Sequence record: NC_133255.1
Strand: one strand, 5' to 3'
Length of the DNA: 64,000 bases
DNA from: Escherichia phage vB_EcoS-26175I
Shown piece by piece: positions 54,653 through 64,000 of this stretch (positions are counted from its first letter, which is position 1; every line of letters begins with the position of its first letter). The notes below the pieces were generated by a model. The model was given only the letters and a program-made list of their open reading frames with translations, was not told the DNA's origin and did no database searches. The translations under genes were made by a program, and so were the position numbers.

Positions 54653-56527
54653 ATGAATCGCAATGAAGAACTAAAGTATAAAGGAATGCAGTCCTTGATT
54701 CGAAACTGCAAAGAAATTATCGAAGGTTCAGCAGATGAAGAGCTGCTGTTTAATAATGCCAATAAGCCCTCAGAACGTTTCCCTACACAAAGGGATATGC
54801 TTGCAGGGGAATTGAGTAAATATCTGATTCTGGAAGAAATGCCAATCCAGATTCGAAATGCTCACATGATTGGTGATATTCACTTCCATGATGCTGATTA
54901 CGCTGCGTTAGGTATGACTAACTGTTGCCTGGTTGCTTTGGAAGATATGTTGAAGAATGGTATGAAGGTTGGTAATGCTGAAATCAGTACACCAAACTCT
55001 ATTACTACTGCGGCTGCTATCACAGCTCAGATTATCACTCAGGTTAGTTCACATCAATATGGTGGTACTTCTGTAGACCGATTAGATGAAGTACTGGCTC
55101 CTTATGTTCGTAAGTCTTATGATAAGAATCATGCGTTTGCAAAACGTTGGACTAAGGATGAAGCCAAAGCATCTGTAATGGCTACGGAAATGACTGAGAA
55201 AGAAGTTTACGATGCCTGTCAGGGCCTGGAGTATGAAATCAATACGATGTTCAACTCTAATGGTCAGAGTCCATTTATTACCTTTGGTTTTGGTCTAGGA
55301 ACTTCCTGGGAAGCACGTCTTGTACAGAAAGCAATCTTAGAAGTGCGTATGGATGGTTTGGGTATCAATAAACGTACAGCTATCTTCCCTAAACTGGTAT
55401 TTGTTTTGCGTGATGGCGTAAACATGAAACCTGGTGATGTTAACTATGATATCAAGAAGTTAGCTATGAAATGTACTGCCGAACGTATGTACCCCGACTA
55501 TATCAGTTATGATAAGGTTGTAGAAGTTACTGGTGACTATAAAGTCTCTATGGGTTGTCGTTCATTCCTGGCTGCTGCGGAAGATGGTGAAACTTCTGGT
55601 CGTAACAACTTAGGCGTTGTTTCCGTAAACCTTCCTCGAATCGCTATCGAAGCAGAAGGAAATATTGATCTATTCTTCGATCTGCTTGAGCTGCGTGTGG
55701 ATACCGCGTTAAAAGCATTGGAGTGGAGGGTTGATCGCTTAAAATACATTCAAGCTAAAGCTGCGCCCATCCTCTATATGTCAGGAGCCTTTGGATTACG
55801 TCTGGGACCCGATGAATATGTATTTGATCATTTCTACAAGCGTGCTTCTGTATCTCTAGGATATATTGGTTGCCACGAAATGTTGCAGCTCATGTTTGGT
55901 AAAGATGTAGATACAATGTCTGAGTCTTGTATCAAGTTCGTTCAACGTGTGCTACAATATATGCGTGATCGTGCTGATCAGAAGAAGGAAGAGACTCAGT
56001 TAGGTTATAGTCTGTATGCTACACCATCTGAATCTCTGTGTGATCGCTTCTGTCGTCTAGACCGTGAGTACTTCCCAGAGCATGAGGATATTCTGGCTAA
56101 AGGATACTACACTAACTCCCATCACCTTGATGTAGAACGTAAGGTTGCTCCAAATGTGAAATTTGATTATGAGTCTAACTTTACTCCTATTGCTTCTGGT
56201 GGGTGCATTTCCTACGTGGAATTACCTGACATGAAGAAATTCCCAGATGCCCTAGAATGGGTAATTAACTATGCTGCAAGTAAAGTTCACTACTTTGGTA
56301 TTAATACTCCAGTTGATTCTTGTGGTGAGTGTGGATTCTTAGGCGAAACAATTGCTTCTGAAGATGGATTTAAATGCCCAATTTGTGGCAACCATGATCC
56401 TGAGACTCTTGAGGTAACACGTCGTGTTTGTGGGTACCTTGGTAATCCAGGTGCACGCCCATTTAACCCAGGTAAACAGCATGAGGTTATGGGACGAATC
56501 AAGCATGCAGATGTAAGAGCTAAATAA
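54653..56527 (+). CDS. nrdD: anaerobic ribonucleoside-triphosphate reductase
   Basis: 624 aa; C-terminal Zn ribbon CPICGNHD and glycyl-radical motif RRVCGYLG. Confidence 0.85.
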   Translation: MNRNEELKYKGMQSLIRNCKEIIEGSADEELLFNNANKPSERFPTQRDMLAGELSKYLILEEMPIQIRNAHMIGDIHFHDADYAALGMTNCCLVALEDMLKNGMKVGNAEISTPNSITTAAAITAQIITQVSSHQYGGTSVDRLDEVLAPYVRKSYDKNHAFAKRWTKDEAKASVMATEMTEKEVYDACQGLEYEINTMFNSNGQSPFITFGFGLGTSWEARLVQKAILEVRMDGLGINKRTAIFPKLVFVLRDGVNMKPGDVNYDIKKLAMKCTAERMYPDYISYDKVVEVTGDYKVSMGCRSFLAAAEDGETSGRNNLGVVSVNLPRIAIEAEGNIDLFFDLLELRVDTALKALEWRVDRLKYIQAKAAPILYMSGAFGLRLGPDEYVFDHFYKRASVSLGYIGCHEMLQLMFGKDVDTMSESCIKFVQRVLQYMRDRADQKKEETQLGYSLYATPSESLCDRFCRLDREYFPEHEDILAKGYYTNSHHLDVERKVAPNVKFDYESNFTPIASGGCISYVELPDMKKFPDALEWVINYAASKVHYFGINTPVDSCGECGFLGETIASEDGFKCPICGNHDPETLEVTRRVCGYLGNPGARPFNPGKQHEVMGRIKHADVRAK

Positions 56528-56568
56528 TGAATCAGCCAGGTCGCTAGTCGATCTGGCTTTTATTTTAC

Positions 56569-56597
56569 TTGCTTTCTAGCTAAAACTTATGTATAAT
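56569..56597 (+). promoter_or_regulatory. sigma70 promoter (TTGCTT / TATAAT)
   Basis: Same module in plus orientation. Confidence 0.55.
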
Positions 56598-56626
56598 TGA
56601 TTTATAAATTTGAGAGGAGAAAACGA

Positions 56627-56845
56627 ATGGCAAAAGTACCACAAGAATTTACGGATGGAATTAAGGCAGATCTAGATGTAATGCTAATGGCCCAATGGGA
56701 GTCTGGCTTCCGAGATGGAATTGATTGTTGTGTGGCCGTGCTCGATACTATTAGTTGGCAGCTTATTCAATCTGGAAATGATGCAGAAGGCAACCTTCTA
56801 GCTAACCTTTCTAAACAAATTAGGGAAATGAAATGCGCAGATTAA
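56627..56845 (+). CDS. hypothetical protein (MAKVPQEF...)
   Basis: Start moved to the ATG with GAGAGGAG RBS; the ORF-track start at 56597 is TTG inside the -10. Confidence 0.5.
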   Translation: MAKVPQEFTDGIKADLDVMLMAQWESGFRDGIDCCVAVLDTISWQLIQSGNDAEGNLLANLSKQIREMKCAD

Positions 56846-57684
56846 TTATTGTTAGTGGTGCAGGTTTGAGTGTAGACAGTGGTGTTCGTGCTTTCCGTAC
56901 TGATACTTCTAGTGGAAAATCTTTGTGGGATGAGTACGATCTAGAGGAAGTATGTAGCTTGCCTAACTTTGAAGCTGGCTTCCGTCGCTTCTGTGGTGAA
57001 GATGATCCTAACTACTTCAGTGCTCGTTTCCCTGGCATTGATGAAGATGGTAACGATCTGTATCTCAAGACTCATGAGTTCTACAACATGCGTCGTCAGG
57101 AATTACAGACTGTTGAGCCTAACATTGCCCATCTGCGAATTGCAGAATGGTTCCAGCGTTATGGTGCGGATAGCGTGAAGAACTTCACTACTAACGTTGA
57201 TGACCTTCTGGAACGTGCTGGTATCCCTCGTGATGAAATCATCCATGCTCACGGATACTTGAAAGAGGTGATCTATCGTCGGGGTCGCAATCAAATCATC
57301 GAAGATGTTGGATACACTGCAATTGTTCCTGAAGATTACGAATGGGTAAAACCAAACGTGGTGTTCTTTGGTGAGACAGCTCCGTGGTACATGGGTCAAA
57401 TCAACCTGTTTGATACTCTTACTAGCAATGACATGGTTATTGTGGTGGGTTGTAGTAACCAAGTTATCAACTTCAACTGGGAATTATTTCCTGCTGTATG
57501 TCGTGGAACTAAGATGATGGTTGTTAACCCACAAGTTCGTTATGACGAGCAGCTTGAGTATGAGAAACGTGGTGTTACTGTATGGCGTGCTGGAGCTGCC
57601 GAAGTTTTTGGTAACAAGCATTTCATTGATCAAGTTGAAGCCTTTATGGAAGGAACTATTTATGCACCAGAAAAACATAGGTGA
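56833..57684 (+). CDS. Sir2-like NAD-dependent deacylase / ADP-ribosyltransferase
   Basis: N-terminal GAGLSVDSGVRAFR sirtuin NAD-binding motif; 283 aa. Confidence 0.65.
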   Translation: MRRLIIVSGAGLSVDSGVRAFRTDTSSGKSLWDEYDLEEVCSLPNFEAGFRRFCGEDDPNYFSARFPGIDEDGNDLYLKTHEFYNMRRQELQTVEPNIAHLRIAEWFQRYGADSVKNFTTNVDDLLERAGIPRDEIIHAHGYLKEVIYRRGRNQIIEDVGYTAIVPEDYEWVKPNVVFFGETAPWYMGQINLFDTLTSNDMVIVVGCSNQVINFNWELFPAVCRGTKMMVVNPQVRYDEQLEYEKRGVTVWRAGAAEVFGNKHFIDQVEAFMEGTIYAPEKHR

Positions 57685-57844
57685 TCTTTTAGTATGGCCG
57701 GATGGTAGTTGGTGCTACCGTTTCGAATTTGCTACCGATGACTTCTCATGGAAGAGTGATGATTTCTGCGTTATCTACGAAGATACAGCGGAATGGAAAG
57801 AATTCCTGATTAAGGAGGGAGAATATGGTGAAGAAGATTTTTAA
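57662..57844 (+). CDS. small hypothetical protein
   Basis: Internal ATG with GGAAGGA RBS; the longer ORF-track form overlaps Sir2. Confidence 0.35.
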   Translation: MHQKNIGDLLVWPDGSWCYRFEFATDDFSWKSDDFCVIYEDTAEWKEFLIKEGEYGEEDF

Positions 57845-58010
57845 GGGTATCTGGAAAGGTCTAGTATGGTTTGTCAACCTAATTGGTATGATTACCATTT
57901 ATTCTCTGTTCCTATCTGTTATGTGGGGTAAAGGTGAACTGAAGGTTCCGGTTCCTTTTACTAATGAAGTTAAAGTCTGGACGTGGGATGCTACTGGTGG
58001 AAATAAGTAA
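57825..58010 (+). CDS. small membrane protein
   Basis: 61-aa ORF with AGGAGGGAG RBS and one transmembrane segment. Confidence 0.5.
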   Translation: MVKKIFKGIWKGLVWFVNLIGMITIYSLFLSVMWGKGELKVPVPFTNEVKVWTWDATGGNK

Positions 58011-58503
58011 TACTCCTGTGATTTTCCTGGATATTGATGGGGTGCTCAATTCGAGCATCTCTCACCATCATGCTCCAGATAATGAAAAGCTGTTCTTTGG
58101 CAGTGATTGGGTTTATAAACCGTTACTCCAGGCTTTTCAGAACTTCCTTAAACCTTCTCCAATAATGATTGTTGGGGTATCTTCATGGTTTTCTGTACGA
58201 AACGAGATGGAGAACGTTCAGATTATGACCGGGCTCGGTTTGATCGATCGTTTTCTTGGTACAACAGATTTTACTGGTGGCGGTTTATCTCGTGGTAATT
58301 CTGTCTTACGTTTCGTAGAAAAACATAAGCTCAAGCATTGGTGCGTCCTAGATGATGCTGGTGCTATGATGTATCAATTTCCTACTGTTATTGTAAATGG
58401 CAGGACTGGAATAAACTTTCAAGATTTAAATGCTATCAGCTATACGCTGGAATTTAGTCCAGATCTTGAAATGTGTAAGGCTCTTCAGAAACTCAAGGTG
58501 TAG
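57988..58503 (+). CDS. HAD-superfamily phosphatase-like protein (start uncertain)
   Basis: VIFLDIDGVLN motif near the N-terminus. Confidence 0.4.
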   Translation: MLLVEISNTPVIFLDIDGVLNSSISHHHAPDNEKLFFGSDWVYKPLLQAFQNFLKPSPIMIVGVSSWFSVRNEMENVQIMTGLGLIDRFLGTTDFTGGGLSRGNSVLRFVEKHKLKHWCVLDDAGAMMYQFPTVIVNGRTGINFQDLNAISYTLEFSPDLEMCKALQKLKV

Positions 58504-58505
58504 AT

Positions 58506-58934
58506 ATGTTCGATAATCTTTTCATGAAAGAGGTAAACCCTATGCTTCTCAACTTCTGGCGTTCTCTCCCTAATGGTATGTACAATGAAACCATCAATCT
58601 GCTTAAGATTTGGTGTGAGAATAACGATATCTTCTTATCCTTTAAAGGCCCACTAGAGGAAGCTCCGTGTATTGGAGTTAGTGTGGATTTAGGGGAGGGA
58701 GTAGAAGAAATTGTGGACTGGAAAGAACTCGATGAAATGGGTCTGGTTTTTGCCTTGAACCATAAGCTGTTTATGCCTGCAAATCACCGTCTTATTGTAA
58801 ATTATCGCACTGGTGAAGCTCCTGCTTTCCAGGTAAATGAACGTGAGGGCTGGTCATATTCGCCCGAGGAAGTAAATGAGGGGATTCAGAAACTTCGTCG
58901 TTTCGGGTATATGATCCCAGGTTTAACTGCTTAA
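58506..58934 (+). CDS. hypothetical protein, paralog 1
   Basis: 142 aa; shares W.EL..MGL..ALN...F.P......R..TGE.P...QV...W.Y...PGL with the next gene. Confidence 0.6.
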   Translation: MFDNLFMKEVNPMLLNFWRSLPNGMYNETINLLKIWCENNDIFLSFKGPLEEAPCIGVSVDLGEGVEEIVDWKELDEMGLVFALNHKLFMPANHRLIVNYRTGEAPAFQVNEREGWSYSPEEVNEGIQKLRRFGYMIPGLTA

Positions 58935-58943
58935 GGAGGCAGA

Positions 58944-59339
58944 ATGGAACAAGTATTTTGGCGTCAGATAGATCCTAGTTTGGTAGAGCGTGCTGAAGGG
59001 CTCCTTGCACGTTGGTTGGGGGTTGACAAGGTTAGTGTAACATTTCCGTTTACTTCTGTAACAGACCCTAGTGTAGGTGTCTTTGTGGACGAAGATGAAG
59101 ATGATGGTTGGGAAGCTGACTGGAATGAATTGTCCAGCATGGGCTTGATTGTTGCCCTCAACTTCTCTATATTCCATCCACGTGGCTTAGCCATTACACG
59201 TGACCCCGAGACTGGTGAATCCCCTTATCTTTTGCAAGTAGAAGATGATATTTGGGAGTACACCGAAGATATTCTCGAAGAAGCTAAAGGTCAATTAAAT
59301 CTCATTGGAATCTATGTCCCAGGCCTAAATGTTGATTGA
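58944..59339 (+). CDS. hypothetical protein, paralog 2
   Basis: 131 aa; tandem divergent duplicate of the previous gene. Confidence 0.6.
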   Translation: MEQVFWRQIDPSLVERAEGLLARWLGVDKVSVTFPFTSVTDPSVGVFVDEDEDDGWEADWNELSSMGLIVALNFSIFHPRGLAITRDPETGESPYLLQVEDDIWEYTEDILEEAKGQLNLIGIYVPGLNVD

Positions 59340-59430
59340 TTTTCATTAGTTCAATCCTGATTACCGAGTCATTTTGGCTCGGTTTTCTCCGTGCTCAAAG
59401 ACACTGATAGCACCTTCGGAAAAATTTTAC

Positions 59431-59459
59431 TTGCAGGATGCTCAAAATCTTGGTATAAT
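59431..59459 (+). promoter_or_regulatory. sigma70 promoter (TTGCAG, 17-bp spacer, TGGTATAAT)
   Basis: Hexamers read from sequence; followed by a long leader of about 590 nt. Confidence 0.5.
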
Positions 59460-60051
59460 ATTTATATTGAATTGAGAGACATTAGTAAAAATTGATTTTG
59501 CTAATTTTTCTTAATGAAGCTGACAATGGATTTACGGCGAGAGCGATCGATGACCCGTAAATAGCTGCATAAGGTACGTTGCTAGAGCTTTATGAAAAAG
59601 TTTTTCTTGTTTACAATCCGCAATACGGAACAGTTAGGCTGCCCCATTAAAGGTTGTTTTAACTATTACTAGTGTTTATACTGCATTAGTTAATTATCAA
59701 TTAAGTGATCTGCGTACCCTGAATTCGGAAAGGTAAATCCAAACCGTGCATATTTAGCTCGTTATATAGGCAGAGCTTTATATGGGGGTGCGAACGAAAA
59801 GAGCAGCGAATGGTGACACGTCCAGTAGCCACCTACCAATAGGATAGTGAGGGCAATCAGAATCGGCTTAGCGGCCAATGACCTAGGTTCTGATCTGGAT
59901 AAGAGTTAAGAGAGCGCAGCACTGAGGTATGATAACTTATTCATACTGCTTGATGATGATTAATGTTTGTGTAAATGGTAGTAATAGTTGTTCTATTCTT
60001 TTGAATAGTCCTAAAGAAAGATATCCGAATAACCAACATAGGAGTATTGTT

Positions 60052-62841
60052 GTGTTCTCAATCCTACAAGGTCACGCAGGATTTTCCAGAGATAAAGCCA
60101 CTGGCATCTGGAAAGAGATCAAAGTGGAAGATTACACCTTTGCAAAGCGATTCTCTAAAGAGCATCCAGAAGGTAAACCAGCTTCCATGCCCTTCAAATT
60201 TGACGTACTTGAAGAACTTGACCCGCAAAACCTTGCTGAAATGTTACCTATCATGCGTCGTCTTACCAAAGATCCGCATATTGTAGCTATTCGTGGTAAA
60301 TGTCTAGCTCCAAAAGATAATGTGCGTCGTACCAGAGGAAACTTTAACGTATCCAATCCTAGTCATATTATTGCTATGGACGTGGATGGTATTGTAGATA
60401 CTGGTGGCTATGACAAGTTTAATCTTGTTGGCATGGCACGTCATATTATTAAGATGTTGAATAGTATTAGTGAGGATATGTTTCCTCTTGATGCAGGGTT
60501 TATTGCCCATGCATCGTCTTCGGCTGGATTAAAACCAGGTATCCGAATGCACTTAATGCTAGAATCTAATGTCAAGGTAACGCAGGGACAGTTAAAGTTC
60601 TTATTTACATCTATCAATGATAGTAGTAAGCAAAAGTACGGCTTTGATATTGCTGACTTAGCTTATTATTCTTCTGTTCAGCTTCACTATTTCGCAGATC
60701 CCTTATTTGATGATGGTATAGTCGATCCGTTTAAAGCGGAGAATAAACCACGTCTTGTGTATGTTAAGGGTTCGAAGGTGAATCTACCTAATAACCTAGT
60801 TGACTTTGAGACAACTAGAGGTGAGTTTAAAGAAGAATTCTATTCCTTACTTGACCAAATTAAAGGCAAGAAGGCTGCATCTGATAAAGTGGAAGAAACC
60901 ATCAGCGAACTAGAAGAAGCTGAGGATGGAGTGTACCTGCGTATTATCCCAAAGCTGTATCACAGAGCATTGGAAGATGGTGTGGACTTCGCATGGTTAG
61001 AAAAGGAGATTAAACCAGCCTTATCTGAGTATATTGCAACTAAGGATAATAGTCGTAACATTCAAGATTACTTTAATAACGGTCGTAAGCAGGCTCTCAA
61101 AGCCTTTGTAAATAACTCCAAACGTGAGATTCCACCAAACTTAAAAGGTGTACCATTAAAACGTCTAGATACAGATTCACCACCAGAAGTTCCATACCTG
61201 AAAATTAACATTGTACCACCAAAAGGACATTTAACATTTGTTAAGGCAAGTCTTGGTACGGGTAAAACTACAGCAGTAACTAAGTGGCTAGATGCAGGTG
61301 TTCTTCCAGGAAACTTTATTGCAATCACGAATACTAGGGCACTTGTATCTTCAAACGCGAAGAAATTCAGTGCTGGCCAGTATGATAAGTCAGTTGATAT
61401 GCTAAACTTCAAACGTGGTGCTATTGATCGTATGTCTTCAACTATTCACTCTATCCATAAGTTCAAGAGCTTTGTGGGTCAGATTGATACGATCTTTATT
61501 GATGAATGTGATGCAGTAATGAATGATCTGTTATTCGCTCCGGTTGTTAAAAACCGTCGTGAATGTATTCAGGTTCTTCGTGATATCCTTATTACTGCTA
61601 AAACTGTTATCTTATCTGATGGTGATATCAGTGCAGAAACGATTGAAGCCTATGGTTCTTTGATTGATTTTGATAAACCAGTTGCATTCTATAATCATCA
61701 CCGTAAAATGCTGGCGAAAGCTCACGCTTATGAATTCCCTGACGAATCCAGTATTTGGGTTGCACTTCAAACATCTCTAGAGATGGGGGAGAAGTCAATC
61801 CTAGTATCTGACTGTGGACCGGATGAACTGAATGAAAAGGGAATGGCGTTACGTCGTAATACTGGTGCGTTAGTTAAAGAAATTCACTCAAACTCTACAT
61901 CTGATGTAGATATCCGACGTATTCTGGATTATACAACTAATGAGCTAATTGATCAACAGATTGATTGTTTGTTATGTAGTCCATCTGTAACGAGTGGTGT
62001 TGACTTTAACTATTTTGATAACGTATTCGTAATCACTAGAACCTCAAACCAAGCGCCAAACATGCGTTTCCAAGCAATCAGGCGCGACCGTGGTGCTCAG
62101 AATATCTATTACTTCATTGATAAGTCTACAAGTGGATTTTCTGCGGGTTCCGAGCAGTATAATATTGATGAAGGTTGGATTGAGTTAGCCCAACAACTGT
62201 ACGCACGTCGTCGTGAGCTGGAATCTAAAAACTATACTAGTACTTTGCGTTATTATCTACTTGATCAGGGTGCAACTATTGATATTTTCAGTGAAAGCTG
62301 GGGAACTATCGAAGGTGCAGGCAAAGAGTATACAGAAGAGCGAATCAAAGCTATTTTGTACTCAACTCCTGAATATTGCGCACCACGTCATGCAGATGCC
62401 TATGAAGCCAAGATACTTCTGGTTCGCTATTATCATCTGGATTCTATTAAAGATGTAACAGTGGAACACGTTGAACAGTATATCAAGGATAAACCGAATG
62501 ATCGAGCTGCATTTTTCCATAAGATGCACGAGATGTTCTGGGAAGATATTAAAAAGTGTTCAAACGTAACAATCAAACCGTTTATCGAAGCTCTTAAGAA
62601 TAAGAAGAAGGATTTCTTCCTTAAGACAGGTCAGAGCGCTAACCCAAAATATGCTCGTATGTATCTTGGCATGATGGGTATCGGTAAAGATCTGGATACG
62701 GAAAAGATTGTGGACTGGTACAGAACTTACTGTAAGATCGAATGTATGCCGATTCCAGTTAAGTTTATGACAGATGAAGAACGTCAGATGCATGAGGAAG
62801 CTCTTGCTGAATTGGGAGCTAGAAATGACAGTGAAGAATAA
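60052..62841 (+). CDS. P-loop NTPase, putative helicase / replication origin-binding-type protein
   Basis: Walker A GTGKTT and Walker B FIDECDAV; start placed at GTG 60052 after AGGAG (in-frame ATG at 59929 lacks an RBS). Confidence 0.6.
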   Translation: MFSILQGHAGFSRDKATGIWKEIKVEDYTFAKRFSKEHPEGKPASMPFKFDVLEELDPQNLAEMLPIMRRLTKDPHIVAIRGKCLAPKDNVRRTRGNFNVSNPSHIIAMDVDGIVDTGGYDKFNLVGMARHIIKMLNSISEDMFPLDAGFIAHASSSAGLKPGIRMHLMLESNVKVTQGQLKFLFTSINDSSKQKYGFDIADLAYYSSVQLHYFADPLFDDGIVDPFKAENKPRLVYVKGSKVNLPNNLVDFETTRGEFKEEFYSLLDQIKGKKAASDKVEETISELEEAEDGVYLRIIPKLYHRALEDGVDFAWLEKEIKPALSEYIATKDNSRNIQDYFNNGRKQALKAFVNNSKREIPPNLKGVPLKRLDTDSPPEVPYLKINIVPPKGHLTFVKASLGTGKTTAVTKWLDAGVLPGNFIAITNTRALVSSNAKKFSAGQYDKSVDMLNFKRGAIDRMSSTIHSIHKFKSFVGQIDTIFIDECDAVMNDLLFAPVVKNRRECIQVLRDILITAKTVILSDGDISAETIEAYGSLIDFDKPVAFYNHHRKMLAKAHAYEFPDESSIWVALQTSLEMGEKSILVSDCGPDELNEKGMALRRNTGALVKEIHSNSTSDVDIRRILDYTTNELIDQQIDCLLCSPSVTSGVDFNYFDNVFVITRTSNQAPNMRFQAIRRDRGAQNIYYFIDKSTSGFSAGSEQYNIDEGWIELAQQLYARRRELESKNYTSTLRYYLLDQGATIDIFSESWGTIEGAGKEYTEERIKAILYSTPEYCAPRHADAYEAKILLVRYYHLDSIKDVTVEHVEQYIKDKPNDRAAFFHKMHEMFWEDIKKCSNVTIKPFIEALKNKKKDFFLKTGQSANPKYARMYLGMMGIGKDLDTEKIVDWYRTYCKIECMPIPVKFMTDEERQMHEEALAELGARNDSEE

Positions 62842-63058
62842 AAAGTGGGAAACAAGGAAGTTTCCAGTAAAAGAACGTAAAACTTCTGTTTACGATACCG
62901 CGGAGAAACTATGTAGGGTTGTACCACCTCGTCTCGCTGGCATCCCTAACGTCTCCATATGGTTACTTAAACAACGGAAGACTCGTGTGTCTCTTCGCAT
63001 TGGCTTTGAGTTAGATAAAGTCTATGCTGAACTTGCTTCTTTGCTCAAAGAATCATAA
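62825..63058 (+). CDS. small hypothetical protein
   Basis: Internal ATG with RBS; overlaps the upstream stop by 17 nt. Confidence 0.4.
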   Translation: MTVKNKKWETRKFPVKERKTSVYDTAEKLCRVVPPRLAGIPNVSIWLLKQRKTRVSLRIGFELDKVYAELASLLKES

Positions 63059-63066
63059 AAATTTAT

Positions 63067-63095
63067 TTGCTTTCAGGAAAAATTTTCTGTATAAT
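63067..63095 (+). promoter_or_regulatory. sigma70 promoter (TTGCTT / TATAAT) with conserved leader
   Basis: Same module in plus orientation. Confidence 0.6.
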
Positions 63096-63126
63096 AGATT
63101 CATAAATTTGAGAGAGGAGTTTAAAT

Positions 63127-63831
63127 ATGGCTGGTTCTCGTAGAAAGAAACTTATCCATGAAATCCCTGATGAAACCTTTAAAAAGGTTATTGAACATCT
63201 GGAGAATGGTGGTACTAAGAAAGCAGCATGTGAAATGCTCGGTGTTTCTTCTAACCCAACTATGGAACGAATGATCGAAGAATGGAGAGATCGTCAGGTT
63301 CAGGTTGCGGAAATGAAAAAGAAGAAGCGCGGAACACTGATTGAAGGTGTTGAGCTTGCAAACGTAATTGAACAGTATCTTTCTGGTGATTCTTTTGAAG
63401 AAATTGCTGATCGTAACTATCGTTCTGTAGCGATGATTAAATCTGTTCTGGAACGTTATGGTGCTCTGCTTCGTTTAAACGATATTGTTGATCCATTGAA
63501 TCCTCCATTGATTCCTGATGATGCGATGGCAGAAGAATTTGAAGTTGGTGAACTTGTTTGGGTTCCTGGATATCAGTGTATTGGTGAAATCAAGAAAGCA
63601 ATGACTAATCCAGTTGGTTGCTATCGTGTTTGGTTGTTATCAGAAGGTAAACAACAGAACGTTCACTATATGCACTACGAATTAGCTTCTGTTAAACATC
63701 TGGAAAAGCTGGGTGTTGATGTTAAGGCTCTGGGCTTTAAGTGGAGTCGTGAAGAAGTTATCACGTTGGTTAATGAAGCTGTTAAAGCTGCCTTGAAACT
63801 CGATAAAGAGAAAGGAAAACGCCGTGAGTAA
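63127..63831 (+). CDS. hypothetical protein with putative helix-turn-helix
   Basis: 234-aa ORF with GAGAGGAG RBS. Confidence 0.6.
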   Translation: MAGSRRKKLIHEIPDETFKKVIEHLENGGTKKAACEMLGVSSNPTMERMIEEWRDRQVQVAEMKKKKRGTLIEGVELANVIEQYLSGDSFEEIADRNYRSVAMIKSVLERYGALLRLNDIVDPLNPPLIPDDAMAEEFEVGELVWVPGYQCIGEIKKAMTNPVGCYRVWLLSEGKQQNVHYMHYELASVKHLEKLGVDVKALGFKWSREEVITLVNEAVKAALKLDKEKGKRRE

Positions 63832-64000
63832 ACTAACTGATCTGTTAAAAGCTGGAGACGTAAAATATCTCCAGCGAGATAGTTGGGTTAACTGGGATGT
63901 TCGTAGCTGCTACTCTACCATTATAAAGGTAGATGTTGATAATAATGATATTATCGAATTTACTTGGTGGCCTGATGTAGATGGATATACTAATCTCTCT
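63826..64000 (+). CDS. hypothetical protein, 3' end truncated by window edge
   Basis: GTG start with AGGAAA RBS; open to the end of the window. Confidence 0.3.

Noticed and set aside
56597-56626. ORF-track start of the 82-aa gene at 56597
   Set aside because: That start codon is TTG inside the promoter -10 element; the downstream ATG at 56627 has a proper RBS.

Overview
The window reads as the early region of a T5-like (Tequintavirus / Demerecviridae) lytic coliphage, AT-rich and densely packed with minus-strand genes. From left to right: (i) a pre-early-like segment (1-7300) with small ORFs and two repeat-rich non-coding modules carrying DnaA boxes, palindromes and short tandem repeat families, resembling the T5 injection-stop / terminal-repeat boundary; (ii) a long block of minus-strand early genes (7.3-54.3 kb), each short operon preceded by the same sigma70 promoter-leader-RBS module, encoding phosphatases, thioredoxin-like protein, holin and endolysin, ClpP-like protein, dNMP kinase, a GrcA-like glycyl-radical protein, about 30 tRNA genes interspersed with homing endonucleases, PnuC and NadR (NAD+ salvage), an SPFH protein, DEDDh exonuclease, RNase H, ThyA, DHFR, NrdB, NrdA and PhoH; (iii) a switch to plus-strand genes at 54.6 kb (NrdD, Sir2-like, HAD-like, a paralog pair, a 970-aa P-loop protein). 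All calls are from reading the sequence and ORF translations by eye; no database search or RNA-folding software was run, and tRNA anticodons are hand-folded and tentative. The most interesting candidates are the NAD+ module (PnuC-NadR plus Sir2), a GrcA plus mini-NrdG-like glycyl-radical pair far from nrdD, tRNAs with unusual anticodon loops, and several promoter-driven ORF-free stretches that may encode non-coding RNAs.
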